Below are positions 37,176 through 46,903 of a stretch of DNA of 60,006 bases, piece after piece. Origin of the DNA: an uncultured Candidatus Peribacteria bacterium. GTDB lineage: Bacteria > Patescibacteriota > Gracilibacteria > UBA1369 > LOWO2-01-FULL-3. The notes under the pieces were generated by a model that saw only the letters and a program-made list of their open reading frames with translations, made no database searches and was not told the DNA's origin. How positions within the stretch are numbered: the first letter of the stretch is position 1; the number at the start of each line of letters is the position of its first letter. The stretch is from the NCBI GenBank assembly GCA_964480115.1, contig CAYZOB010000075.1:1-60006 (forward strand), given 5' to 3'. Made by a program: the position numbers and the translations under genes.

Positions 37176-39422
37176 TTGAAGCTCTGTCGGGGTAGATTTT
37201 ATTTTATCATCATGACTGCGGAAATTCTTGATAAAATCGGCAGTTACAGTAAGTCTTTTGATAAGGCTAAGGTTCTTAAAGCTTTTGATTTCGTCAGTGA
37301 TAAATATGCTTATGCCGAAAATAATAATAATTGTCATTTGCATGTTTTAGAAGTCCTGTTGCCATTAAAGCCGGATGAAAATACTATCGTGGCTATTTTG
37401 TTGCACGATATGTATGTGATGTCCGTGATCAGTGATGAAACGGTGCGGGAAAATTTTGGTGCTCAGGTGCTGGCAATTTTAGCTTCACTGAAACGTCTTT
37501 ACGCTCTTAATTATGCGGAAAACGATAAAGGTGTGCAGGTGGAGGTTTTACGCAAAATGTTTATGACTTTGGCAAAAGATATCAGGGTGATTTTGATTTG
37601 GTTGGCTCATAGGCTTTGCACTATGCAGAATCTTGATGTTTCCATGAGTCAGGTTGAAAGTTATAAAATGGCCAAGGAAACCATGAATGTTTATGTGCCT
37701 ATTGCTTCGCGTCTGGGTATTTACAAGATAAAAATGCAGCTGGAAGATTTGGCTTTTAAGTATTTAAATCCCGAGGAATACGGGCGTCTTAGTGAGCAGG
37801 TTAAGGAGTTTACCGAGAGTAAAAGTATGCCGATAGAGGTGATTAAGAAGCAATTGATGGATTTTTTTAAGTCTCAGGGCATTGAGGTGGAGATTCAGGG
37901 AAGGATTAAAAATGTATATAGTATTTATACCAAATTGGCGCGCAAATCTTATCTGAACGTGGGGGATCTTTATGATTTTTATGCTATTAGGGTAATTTTG
38001 CCGGAAAAGGAGAAGTATGATCATTTGTATATGGTGTTGGGTTTAATTCACAGTGAATGGAGGCCTATTTCCAGTAGATTTAAGGATTATGTGGCAGTAC
38101 CAAAACCCAATGGTTACAGGAGTCTGCATACTGTTGTCCTGGGTTTGGGTCCAAAAGGTTTGGATAAACCGGTGGAAATTCAAATCAGAGATGAAAAAAT
38201 GCATCGTGAAGCCGAGTATGGCGTGGCTTCCCATTGGCTTTATAAAAGCAAAAAATCATCCTCAGTGGAGGATTTGAATCGTCATGTGGATTGGATAAGG
38301 GGATTGCAGCAGATTCACGAGTATTTTGGCTCTGAGTCCTCGGATGTGATGAAGGAAGTTGAAGTGGATATTTTTAAAGATAGAATTTTCGTTTTGACAC
38401 CGAGAGGCGAGGTTAAGGATTTGCCGGTAGGATCAATAACACTTGATTTTGCTTATGCCGTCCATAGTGATGTAGGTAATCACTGTATTGCGGCGAAGGT
38501 TAATGGCGCGATGACACCTCTTGATTATCAATTAAAGAATGGTGATGTTGTGGAAATTGTGGTGCGCAATGATGCCACGCCTAAACTGAAATGGTTGTCG
38601 ATAGTGAAAAGTAGTTTTGCCAAAAATAGAATTAAGGGCTGGTTTAGCGGGCAAAATCGTGACAGAAATATCAAACAGGGTAGAGAGCTGGTTAATGCCC
38701 AGTTGGAGCGTTTGAACAAGCCTACGCTTGATCAGAATTATGCTATATTGAAGCATTTTGGTGAGGCAAACTTGAATTTGTCACAGAGAGAGAGTTTGAT
38801 CGAAGAAGTTGGGCGTGGTGGCAAGGTGGCCAGTGAAATTGTGAAAAAGCTATATCCTTATGAGAAAATTTTGCCAGCAGGGATGAGTGTGGCGAGATCC
38901 GAAAAATTGATGCCCAAAAAGGCTGACAATCTAGAGATTTTACCTTTGGAACAACAAATTATAGTTGGTAAACAAACTGGTTTCCCCCTCAAGCTTGGGA
39001 TTTGTTGTAAGCCAAAGCTGGCCCAAAAAATTGTCGGCTATGTGAACAGTCGTGGAAGGCATATATGTATTCATTGCGTGAATTGTCCTGTTTTGGATAC
39101 TTCAAATCGTGAAAAAATTATTTTTGCCGAATGGAAGGGTCATGAGGTGTCACCAAGTGAGGGTGGCGTAAGAATTGCCATTGATTTGACGGTTATTTCA
39201 AGAATTGGTTTGTTGCAGGATATTACTGCGGTAATTGGCAAAATGAAGATAAACGTTCTGGATATTATTATAAAAAAAGGAGAGAATGCTCTGCATAATG
39301 ATTATTTTTTGCTGGATTTGATTGATGTTGATCAGTTTGATGAATTGCTGGATAGACTGGAAAATATTGTCGGAGTCGTGAAGGTGGTTAGGACCGAGAA
39401 GGTTTTTAAAGATTGTGGCTGA
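37176..39422 (+). CDS. RelA/SpoT homolog (long RSH) with intact synthetase, TGS and ACT regions and a degenerate hydrolase motif
   Basis: Synthetase: RIKNVYSIYTKLARK, DFYAIRVIL, GYRSLHTVV, EIQIRDEKMHREAEYGVASHWLYK. TGS: IFVLTPRGEVKDLPVGSITLDFAYAVHSDVG. The hydrolase region reads LLHDMYVMS where HDxxED is expected. TTG start at 37176, alternative ATG at 37212. Confidence 0.88.
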   Translation: MKLCRGRFYFIIMTAEILDKIGSYSKSFDKAKVLKAFDFVSDKYAYAENNNNCHLHVLEVLLPLKPDENTIVAILLHDMYVMSVISDETVRENFGAQVLAILASLKRLYALNYAENDKGVQVEVLRKMFMTLAKDIRVILIWLAHRLCTMQNLDVSMSQVESYKMAKETMNVYVPIASRLGIYKIKMQLEDLAFKYLNPEEYGRLSEQVKEFTESKSMPIEVIKKQLMDFFKSQGIEVEIQGRIKNVYSIYTKLARKSYLNVGDLYDFYAIRVILPEKEKYDHLYMVLGLIHSEWRPISSRFKDYVAVPKPNGYRSLHTVVLGLGPKGLDKPVEIQIRDEKMHREAEYGVASHWLYKSKKSSSVEDLNRHVDWIRGLQQIHEYFGSESSDVMKEVEVDIFKDRIFVLTPRGEVKDLPVGSITLDFAYAVHSDVGNHCIAAKVNGAMTPLDYQLKNGDVVEIVVRNDATPKLKWLSIVKSSFAKNRIKGWFSGQNRDRNIKQGRELVNAQLERLNKPTLDQNYAILKHFGEANLNLSQRESLIEEVGRGGKVASEIVKKLYPYEKILPAGMSVARSEKLMPKKADNLEILPLEQQIIVGKQTGFPLKLGICCKPKLAQKIVGYVNSRGRHICIHCVNCPVLDTSNREKIIFAEWKGHEVSPSEGGVRIAIDLTVISRIGLLQDITAVIGKMKINVLDIIIKKGENALHNDYFLLDLIDVDQFDELLDRLENIVGVVKVVRTEKVFKDCG

Positions 39423-40011
39423 CAATCCTTTCCATTACTTGATTTACCGTTTCCTTTTCCTCTTTGTTGAGCATTATTTTTTCAATTTGATTCATTGGGC
39501 GGGTTTTTAAAAAGTGGAAGAATTTCAAATATTTTTGTTCGAGATTGCCGTTGATTAATTTGAAGTCCGGAATGAGTCCGGATCTGTCGAGAATCTTGAT
39601 AATGTAGGCTTGGGCTGTAAGTACCGCTTTGTTTGAACTGCTGAGTTGTTGGAGGGTTTGGGTTAAAAGTTCCATCAGATTTTCGATTTTCTGATTTTCA
39701 AAAAGCATTTGATTGGTTATTTTTGCTATTTGTATGGCTGCTGTGAGGGTGTCCAGTTTTTCCCGTATTTTTTTAAAATTTTTGATGGTAATAATTTCCT
39801 TGAGAATAATATTGCGAGGGCCAAAGTAAATTTCCGCGAGTGAAAAATTCAAAGTTTCCAGATGTCCGGTGAATTTACTGGTGATTTTTCGCGCACCTTT
39901 TGCTACGACTTTTATTTTACCAAAATCCTCACAGTACATGTAAATAAGCCTGTCGTTTTCACTAAAATCACGATGTCCAAGGATGACGCAATTTATGCTG
40001 CTGTTTTTCAT
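39406..40011 (-). CDS. recO: DNA repair protein RecO
   Basis: 201 aa; OB-fold N-terminus (VILGHRDFSENDRLIYMYCEDFGKIKVVAKGARK). The 3' end overlaps the convergent RSH gene by 17 nt. Confidence 0.8.
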   Translation of the reverse strand: MKNSSINCVILGHRDFSENDRLIYMYCEDFGKIKVVAKGARKITSKFTGHLETLNFSLAEIYFGPRNIILKEIITIKNFKKIREKLDTLTAAIQIAKITNQMLFENQKIENLMELLTQTLQQLSSSNKAVLTAQAYIIKILDRSGLIPDFKLINGNLEQKYLKFFHFLKTRPMNQIEKIMLNKEEKETVNQVMERIVSHNL

Positions 40012-40012
40012 T

Positions 40013-40924
40013 TTAATCGAACAGATCCTTTTTTAAATATTGATGAATGGCGATAAGAGAACTTATGATGCTAAGAATAATTGTGCCGATCAATTCAATT
40101 AAAAAAATTGTCAGAAAGTGTATGCCTGAATAGTAGCTCCAAAGCGCTGTATTTTCGATTTGGATTTTCTGGGTGAGAGTGAAGAACATGATGAAACTAA
40201 TGGCGACAGCCAGGATACCGTAAATGATGCTTTCGATTATAAAAGGTGAGCGAATGAACCAGTGTGAAGCTCCAACCAATTTCATGATGCTGATTTCGTG
40301 TTTGCGGCTGAAGATTGTCATTTGGAGGGCGTTTATAATGATCAAGGCGCCGCCGAGCAAAAAAGTAAATATCAGCCAAAAAATAACCTGGTTGGTGAAG
40401 GTGCTTAGCTTGATGAGGTTTTTTGAGACACTGGTGATTATAGTGCTATCCCGGGAGTTATTGGTTACGACATTGGCAAGATGGATCCGGTATTGGTCCT
40501 TGGCGAGGAAGTTGGCTATGTCGTCATGAAATTCAGGATCGGTGGTGGTGATATTAATGCTCGCCGGCAGGGGGTTGCCGAGATTGTATTTTTCAAAAGA
40601 AAGAGATAATTCCGGGTGAGTAATTTTGATTTGCTCTAAAGCGTCAGCTTTAGAGGTGTAATCTACTGCGCTTACCTCTTGCAATTTACTAAGATCATTG
40701 ATGATTTCTTGAGTTTGTTCTTCCGTGGTGCTTTCTTTAAGATAAACGACAATGTCTATTTTCTTATTTAAATCGCCGAGAGCGGTTTGAGCGATGAAGT
40801 TGACAGCTAGAATGATATTGAAAATAAAAAGAATTGTACCGGTTACAAGAATTGTAGCCAGAGAAAGCATTTTGTTACGCCAGATGTTGCTGATGCTTAG
40901 TTGAAAGCTTTTTATTAGCTGCAT
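40013..40924 (-). CDS. ftsX: Cell-division permease-like protein FtsX
   Basis: SISNIWRNKMLSLATILV.., an extracellular domain, then three C-terminal TM helices including MKLVGASHWFIRSPF. No ftsE adjacent. Confidence 0.82.
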   Translation of the reverse strand: MQLIKSFQLSISNIWRNKMLSLATILVTGTILFIFNIILAVNFIAQTALGDLNKKIDIVVYLKESTTEEQTQEIINDLSKLQEVSAVDYTSKADALEQIKITHPELSLSFEKYNLGNPLPASINITTTDPEFHDDIANFLAKDQYRIHLANVVTNNSRDSTIITSVSKNLIKLSTFTNQVIFWLIFTFLLGGALIIINALQMTIFSRKHEISIMKLVGASHWFIRSPFIIESIIYGILAVAISFIMFFTLTQKIQIENTALWSYYSGIHFLTIFLIELIGTIILSIISSLIAIHQYLKKDLFD

Positions 40925-40983
40925 AGGAAAATTTCAGGCTTGTGAGGATTATATATCAAGCGGAAACGGTTTAAAAGCATAAT

Positions 40984-41436
40984 CTACTTTGTTGAAAGTA
41001 AAGTTTTAATTTCCAGTTGCCGCTTTTTGATAATGGAAGATTTGTACATATCCGGTCTATAGGGCTTTAGTCTGACGATTGTGGCGTCCAGCTTGATTTC
41101 CATTAATAATTTTTCCAGTCTATAGGTAAAGGCAAATTGGTCGTAACCCAGGGCAATTACGTCAGGACGATATTCTTTAATTACTTTAGTTTTATCTTTA
41201 GGATTTCCCAAAACGGTAAAATCCGCCCAGCCGGTTTCTTCCAGATTCGCTAAACGTTCTTTTTCGTTATGATCAGGACTTTCTCCTTTGATGTTCTTCA
41301 CGGTTTTGTCACGAGCAATGATGGCGACGATTTCATCACCAAGTTCGCGTGCTTGGATAAAAAGATTTTCGTGGCCGGCGTGTAGATAATCGAAGGTTCC
41401 GAAGACCATGACTCTGATTTTGGTTTCTTGATTCAT
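40984..41436 (-). CDS. Cytidylyltransferase-like nucleotidyltransferase (TagD/RibL-type, HxGH)
   Basis: VMVFGTFDYLHAGHENLF (the (T/H)xGH motif); 150 aa. Confidence 0.75.
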   Translation of the reverse strand: MNQETKIRVMVFGTFDYLHAGHENLFIQARELGDEIVAIIARDKTVKNIKGESPDHNEKERLANLEETGWADFTVLGNPKDKTKVIKEYRPDVIALGYDQFAFTYRLEKLLMEIKLDATIVRLKPYRPDMYKSSIIKKRQLEIKTLLSTK

Positions 41437-41850
41437 TTAGGCTTTAAGATCGGGTAGAAATAGATTTATGCCAATCAGACCCAGCAAGACTGATATAATT
41501 ACACAGATAAGAATAATATCAAGTATTTTGTGTTCGTGCTCAGGATTTGTGAGGCCCAGACGAAGAGAAGAGAGTCCATAAATCAGGCCGGTGATGGCAA
41601 AAGGTATGTCCATGGTTTTGTTTAATAGAAAGGCCGGTTTCACGAAGAGGTTATTGGCCAGAAAAATACTGGAGCTTAAATGAAAAAAGCCCGTAATTAT
41701 AAAAAAGATCAGCGCTACTTTTTTAATGTTGATGATGGTTGTTGAGGTGGTCATGAAGAGGAACGTTTCTTTGGCTGTCAGTATAGCTAAATCTTGAAAA
41801 ATGGAAAGGCGAAGCCGTTGGCTTGCGCTTTTTTCTGCGGTTTTGTACAC
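41437..41850 (-). CDS. Hypothetical membrane protein (3-4 TM)
   Basis: Hydrophobic ORF abutting the upstream gene. The internal ATG at 41754 (MTTSTTIINIKK) is a plausible true start. Confidence 0.5.
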   Translation of the reverse strand: MYKTAEKSASQRLRLSIFQDLAILTAKETFLFMTTSTTIINIKKVALIFFIITGFFHLSSSIFLANNLFVKPAFLLNKTMDIPFAITGLIYGLSSLRLGLTNPEHEHKILDIILICVIISVLLGLIGINLFLPDLKA

Positions 41851-41873
41851 TGCTGCTGTTTTTAAATTTTAAA

Positions 41874-42167
41874 ATGCTCAGCGACGATCAAGTAAAACAT
41901 GTGGCGAAATTGGCCAGAATCAAACTTACCGATGAAGAGGTGAAAAAGTTTGGAAAGCAGCTTTCGAGTGTGCTTGCGTATATTGATATTTTGAGTGAGG
42001 TTGATACGAAGGATGTGGCTGAAACAAGTCAAGTTACCGGGCTTACTAATGTGATGGAAAAAGATGAAGTGGTGAAAGGGCAGAGTTGCAGAGAGGAGCT
42101 TTTGGGTTGTAGTGAATTGCCGGTTGATGGTAAGCAGATGAGAGTTTTGAAGACAATTGGCAATTAA
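41874..42167 (+). CDS. gatC: Asp-tRNA(Asn)/Glu-tRNA(Gln) amidotransferase subunit C
   Basis: MLSDDQVKHVAKLARIKLTDEEVKKFGKQLSSVLAYIDIL.. is typical of GatC. The ATG at 41874 is preferred over the ORF-track start at 41823. Confidence 0.88.
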   Translation: MLSDDQVKHVAKLARIKLTDEEVKKFGKQLSSVLAYIDILSEVDTKDVAETSQVTGLTNVMEKDEVVKGQSCREELLGCSELPVDGKQMRVLKTIGN

Positions 42168-42175
42168 CAATTAGC

Positions 42176-43612
42176 ATGGGAAAATTGAACAAGCTGACAA
42201 TTAGTGAAGCCGCGAAAGGCCTGAGAGAAAGGCATTTTTCCAGTGTCGAACTTTTGAAGGATTGTTTGGCGGCTATTCAAGAAAAAGATAAAGAGATTAA
42301 TGCGTTTGTGACGGTGGATGAAGAGGGGGCGATGAGGTCGGCGGAGGCTGTTGATAAAAAAATAGCAGCTGGTGAGAAGTTGCCGGTGCTTGCCGGAATT
42401 CCTTGCGGCGTGAAAGATTTGATCTGTACCAAAGGTGTGCGCACCACTTGCTGTTCGCCGATTTTAAAGGATTTTGTACCGCCTTATGATGCGACGGTGG
42501 TGGAGAAATTGAAGGCGCAGGGTATGGTGATGATTGGCAAAACCAATCTGGATGAATTTGCCTGTGGTGGTTCCAGTGAGCATTCCTGTTTTGGGGCAAC
42601 CCGGAATCCTCATGATTTGAGCAGGGTGGCCGGTGGGTCTTCGGGTGGAAGCGCGGCTGCTGTGACAGCTGATATGTGTTTATACTCTTTGGGAACCGAT
42701 ACCGGAGGCTCGATTCGTTTACCGGCGGCTTTTTGTGGTAATTATGGTATGAAGGTAACTTATGGTCGAGTGAGCCGTTCCGGTGTGAATGCCATGGCTT
42801 CTTCGTGGGATACGGTAGGGCATTTTGCGAAAAATACCGAGGATATCGCGACGGTTTTACAAGCAATTGCCGGACGTGATCGACGTGATTTGACGACTCC
42901 CGATAGGGAAGTGCCCGATTATGGTAAGTTTTTGGGACAAGACGTGAAAGGGATGAAAATCGGCTTACCTAAGCAATATTTTGGCGAAGGTGTGCAGAAG
43001 GAAATCGCTGATGCGGTGATGAAAAAGGTGGGAATTTTGAAAAAGGCCGGGGCGGAGGTGATGGAAGTGGATTTGCCTTCAACTAAATATGCGGTGGCGG
43101 TTTATTATGTCAGTGTGCCGGCGGAATTATCAGCAAATCTGGAAAGATTTGATGGTATTCGTTATGGTAAAAAGCCCGTGAAAGATCCGAAGGATTTGGT
43201 GGATTTTTATTTTGAAGCCAGGGGTGCGGGATTTGGCGATGAAATCAAGCGTAGAATTATGATTGGAACTTATGTGTTATCCGCGGGTTATTATGATGCT
43301 TATTACAAGAAAGCGCAAAAGGTGCGTACTGTAATTGTGAATGAATTTGCCGAGGCTTTTAAGAAGGTGGACGTGATGATCGGGCCGGTTTCACCCATTC
43401 CTCCTTTCAAAATTGGTGAATTAGTGGACGATCCTTTGGCGATGTACATGGCTGATGCTTTGAATATTCCGGTGAATGCCGCCGGTGTGCCGGCACTGGC
43501 TTGTCCTGCTGGTCTGGATAAGGCCGGTTTGCCAATTGGTTTGCAAATTATCGCGCCACAATTTGAGGAGGGCAGATGTCTGAGGGTAGGAGATTTTTTG
43601 GCCGGCGACTAG
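42176..43612 (+). CDS. gatA: Glu-tRNA(Gln) amidotransferase subunit A
   Basis: Amidase signature GGSSGGSAAAV..GTDTGGSIRLPAAFCG; 478 aa. Confidence 0.95.
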   Translation: MGKLNKLTISEAAKGLRERHFSSVELLKDCLAAIQEKDKEINAFVTVDEEGAMRSAEAVDKKIAAGEKLPVLAGIPCGVKDLICTKGVRTTCCSPILKDFVPPYDATVVEKLKAQGMVMIGKTNLDEFACGGSSEHSCFGATRNPHDLSRVAGGSSGGSAAAVTADMCLYSLGTDTGGSIRLPAAFCGNYGMKVTYGRVSRSGVNAMASSWDTVGHFAKNTEDIATVLQAIAGRDRRDLTTPDREVPDYGKFLGQDVKGMKIGLPKQYFGEGVQKEIADAVMKKVGILKKAGAEVMEVDLPSTKYAVAVYYVSVPAELSANLERFDGIRYGKKPVKDPKDLVDFYFEARGAGFGDEIKRRIMIGTYVLSAGYYDAYYKKAQKVRTVIVNEFAEAFKKVDVMIGPVSPIPPFKIGELVDDPLAMYMADALNIPVNAAGVPALACPAGLDKAGLPIGLQIIAPQFEEGRCLRVGDFLAGD

Positions 43613-43635
43613 CACGTCACGAGTCAATTTTTGAC

Positions 43636-44562
43636 CTATTTGATTGTTAGACTGGTCATGAATTCGTTAAATTCCTTTTCTTCATCTGGAAACCGATTTA
43701 TATCGGTAGCTGCAAAAACTATATTGAATAAATCGTTGTGAGTAAAAATAGCGATTCGCTTTATTTTCCTTTCTGTTTTTTCTTTGGCACCTAAAATATT
43801 TTCGTCAACAATAAATGTTCCTGTGGCTGCCGGTAAACCTTGAATGGTAATTTCCTGTATCTCGCCAGCTCGTTTAAAATTTTTCCAGTTTAAATTTGGA
43901 TCTGCTTTGATGCCCTCTTCTATCGATTTTAATTGGCCATCAAGTATATCTTTTGGTTTGCTATTTTGTATTGTTGTCGCATTTAGGATGTTGATTAATT
44001 TCTGATCGTGGTCAATGCTAATAGTGGCAATACCATTCTCTTTAAATAGCTGAATTATGGTATCTGTATCACCGGGGTCGTTTTTGTAGGCATGCCAACC
44101 TTTTGGTACGGTTGCAGAAATGTATTTGTTTTCAAATACAATATGTCCGTTGATTAAAATCAGCTGTCTAGTTTGCAAAATATTAAAGCCATAAATCCCA
44201 CCATTTAATAATCCCACGAAAATAACAGAATATAAAATGGGCAGTTTGAAACTGGCTTTTTTGCCTCCGTCTTTTAGAAATTTATCGAATGTTGCTCTTT
44301 GACTATAATAAAAAAACAGAGCTGCAATGATGTTCGAAGACAACAGATTTTTTTCGTTTAAATAAAATGTAAACACCAAGATAAGTAGAAGAATAAAAGC
44401 GGCTGCTACACCCACAATAAATCGCCATTTTAACTGTGGTTTGCCAAGTTTGCTCCAATTTATGGCGTAAAAAATTCCTGCCGGGAAAAAGCCCAAGAAA
44501 AAAGTTAGCCAGGCTATACCGGTCGGATTCCAGGCTGTTTTTGTAGTGCTTTGTGATGTCAT
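43636..44562 (-). CDS. Hypothetical membrane-anchored protein
   Basis: 308 aa. About 4 N-terminal TM helices, then a soluble domain of about 170 aa with no recognisable family. Confidence 0.55.
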   Translation of the reverse strand: MTSQSTTKTAWNPTGIAWLTFFLGFFPAGIFYAINWSKLGKPQLKWRFIVGVAAAFILLLILVFTFYLNEKNLLSSNIIAALFFYYSQRATFDKFLKDGGKKASFKLPILYSVIFVGLLNGGIYGFNILQTRQLILINGHIVFENKYISATVPKGWHAYKNDPGDTDTIIQLFKENGIATISIDHDQKLINILNATTIQNSKPKDILDGQLKSIEEGIKADPNLNWKNFKRAGEIQEITIQGLPAATGTFIVDENILGAKEKTERKIKRIAIFTHNDLFNIVFAATDINRFPDEEKEFNEFMTSLTIK

Positions 44563-44653
44563 GACTGATGTAAAATTTGTCTGTGATAATATACATGGTG
44601 GACTTGTGATTAACTAGTAAATTGATTACAGATTGAATTTTGCACATTCTTTT

Positions 44654-45481
44654 TCATTGTAATTTTCTCAATGCCGGATGTCCTAAAATTGACTTCATTT
44701 GATAAATTGCTATCTCGTTTAGTTTTAGTAACCTTTCTTCGGGCTGCACGCATTGTTTGATCATTTCAGCATTCAAGCTTTCGAGATTTGAAAGCACCAC
44801 CAGCTGTTCGATTGTCGCATAATCCCGAATATTGCCTTCCTTGTTAGGATTTTCATCGCGCCATTCTTTGGCGGTCGTGTTGAATAAGGCCTTGTTTAAG
44901 AGATCGCCCTCGCTGGCATAAACAAATTTTGCCGGAATCTGATCAATTTTTAGGGGAATCAGATTTTGTTTGATTGCATCGGTATGAATTTTGTAATTTA
45001 CTTTTGCCAATTCGCGTTTTACGTCCCAACCAAGCGATAATTTTTTGTTTTCTGCTTCCTTGAGTCGTTGAAATTCCTTGATCAAATAGAGCTTAAATTC
45101 CGGGCTGATCCAGGAGGCAAACTCAAAGGCAATGTCTTTGTGGGCGAAGGTACCGCCACCGTAGCGGCCGGGTTTGGAAATTATGCCAATAGCATTTACA
45201 CCTTCACTCCAGCGTTTAGGGGTCATAACAAAAGCATTTAGCCCTGCTTGAGATTTAAACCCGTCGAATTCGACGGGTTTAAAATTTTGGTTATTTATTT
45301 TTTCCCAAAGCCCTAAAAATACTAGAGTGTTTTTGTTTCTAATCCAATTTTTTATAATATCGTCAGGGCTTTTGAGATCCTTGTATCGCGCAATATCCGT
45401 TAGTGAGATGTAATCATTTTTTTCCTTTTGAAATAAAGAAATTTCCATACCTTTCACTTCAATTTTTTTATTTTTTTGCAT
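44654..45481 (-). CDS. KilA-N domain-containing DNA-binding protein
   Basis: ISLTDIARYKD..IKNWIRNKNTLVFLGLWE..GGGTFAHKDIAFEFASWISPEFKLYLIKEFQRLKE matches the KilA-N fold common in phages and mobile elements. Confidence 0.8.
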   Translation of the reverse strand: MQKNKKIEVKGMEISLFQKEKNDYISLTDIARYKDLKSPDDIIKNWIRNKNTLVFLGLWEKINNQNFKPVEFDGFKSQAGLNAFVMTPKRWSEGVNAIGIISKPGRYGGGTFAHKDIAFEFASWISPEFKLYLIKEFQRLKEAENKKLSLGWDVKRELAKVNYKIHTDAIKQNLIPLKIDQIPAKFVYASEGDLLNKALFNTTAKEWRDENPNKEGNIRDYATIEQLVVLSNLESLNAEMIKQCVQPEERLLKLNEIAIYQMKSILGHPALRKLQ

Positions 45482-45526
45482 AGTAAAAATAAGTTAAATA
45501 TTAATTCAACTCATAATTTTACCGGG

Positions 45527-45563
45527 CAAACTTAAAATTTTCTTAAAATAAAGTTAAAATCTT
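45527..45563. repeat. Copy 2 of the 37-nt AT-rich element (see 12293..12329)
   Basis: A 26-nt exact match plus 8 of the next 11 positions. Located in the divergent intergenic region between the KilA-N gene and the membrane-protein gene at 45635. Confidence 0.8.
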
Positions 45564-45634
45564 GGAGATTTTTGGAAGATTGGGTTGCCGAAGTTCTTTC
45601 AATGTTTTTAAGTATGCTATAGAATTGCCTCGTT

Positions 45635-46027
45635 ATGTCACTTACTCGTATTTTTCTTGTACCTTTCCTGCCTATTCTTTTTGCTTATTTGGAGTTGGGA
45701 GGAAATTGGTTTGGGTTGAGACTTTTGCAGGGAGGCCCAAGTTTCTGGAGTATTTTTGGGACAATTGTTTTTTCCGTTCTTTACTCTATAGTGGCAGCTT
45801 CTTTTGCTTTGGTGCTAAAGGTTGATATCGGTCTCCTGATGGTGAATTATGGTTTTGGTTTTAGTATTATTTCAATTTTTCTAACTTTAAACTGGGGTAA
45901 ACTTCCTTCATTTTCAGTCGAACTTATAAAAGCCAATCCGTTTCTTTGGGTTATATTTGGTGTCGCTGTTGTTGGTTTTATTGGAAGTGCTTATTTGGTA
46001 GTTGTTTCTCAGACGGCGGCGAGGTAA
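45635..46027 (+). CDS. Hypothetical membrane protein (4 TM)
   Basis: 130-aa hydrophobic ORF with an ATG start. Confidence 0.5.
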   Translation: MSLTRIFLVPFLPILFAYLELGGNWFGLRLLQGGPSFWSIFGTIVFSVLYSIVAASFALVLKVDIGLLMVNYGFGFSIISIFLTLNWGKLPSFSVELIKANPFLWVIFGVAVVGFIGSAYLVVVSQTAAR

Positions 46028-46039
46028 GGGGAGTTTGAT

Positions 46040-46882
46040 TTAAAAAAGAGACAAATTTGCTTCGGCCTTTGTTTCTACCTGTCCTTCAGCCGTTTTTTCT
46101 TCCTTCGCAATCAATCTTCGTTTCACTTCCGGATCCCTAAGCGGATAACCAATGTTCGCGAATTGCCAGCACATGTTGAAAATTGCTCTTTGACTGTTGG
46201 CGATTTCGATGCTTTCGATAATCATGCCGATTAGTTCATCTTTAAAAGAAATAATGGCCATTTTATCGTCGTAAATATTTATTTCGTTGGTAAAATCAAA
46301 TTGGTCCGAGGGAATCAGGCGCATTTCACGGTGGTAATCTTTATCTTGAGATTGGACGGTTTCGCCGGCTTTGTCTCTGGGGGAAATGCCGCGCAAGTAA
46401 ATCTGTTTTTCTGCTCTTTTTCTAACGTATTCCTGATCATAATTTGGCCATTGTTTACGAATTTCGGAAGAATTGGAGTAGTTGAGAATTTCAGTTTTAC
46501 TGGTGAGCGTATCGGCGTAAATGGCTCTTATCCCTTCCAGTCCTTCAAAATATCTGATACGCGGATGATTTATTTCACCGGTGAGAGTTTTGAATTTTGG
46601 TAGCGCTCCTCTCAGATCACCGGTGCGTTTTTCGAATTCTTCCAGCAGATTTTCGGGAGCGATGCTGCTGAAGAATTTGAGCTTTTTCTTGATGTAATAG
46701 CTGACCATGCCACGCTGTTTCAACTTTTCCAAAATGTCGTAAGCTGTGACGCGATTGATGCCGGCCTTATGAGCAATGTCTGACACAACGGCGGTGCCGA
46801 GTTCGGTGCAGGAAAGATAGACTTTAGCTTCTTTATCGGTGAGACCGAGGTTGGTGAGGACGATGATTAATTGATTTTCCAT
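46040..46882 (-). CDS. TrmB-family transcriptional regulator
   Basis: N-terminal winged HTH LGLTDKEAKVYLSCTELGTAVVSDIAHKAGINRVTAYDILEKLKQRGMV, followed by a C-terminal effector-like domain. Confidence 0.75.
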   Translation of the reverse strand: MENQLIIVLTNLGLTDKEAKVYLSCTELGTAVVSDIAHKAGINRVTAYDILEKLKQRGMVSYYIKKKLKFFSSIAPENLLEEFEKRTGDLRGALPKFKTLTGEINHPRIRYFEGLEGIRAIYADTLTSKTEILNYSNSSEIRKQWPNYDQEYVRKRAEKQIYLRGISPRDKAGETVQSQDKDYHREMRLIPSDQFDFTNEINIYDDKMAIISFKDELIGMIIESIEIANSQRAIFNMCWQFANIGYPLRDPEVKRRLIAKEEKTAEGQVETKAEANLSLF

Positions 46883-46903
46883 AAAATGTTATTTTGAGAT
46901 ATT

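Noticed and set aside
42176-43612. Absence of gatB after gatCA as a sign of pathway loss.
   Set aside because: gatB is encoded separately from gatCA in many bacteria, so one window cannot show absence.
43620-43640. Shared 12-mer TTTTGACCTATT at 43627 and 47961, and recurring GTCAATTT motifs.
   Set aside because: Hundreds of coincidental 12-mer pairs are expected in 60 kb when both strands are considered, so the match is not significant by itself. Only the local palindrome cluster at 48150..48215 is reported.
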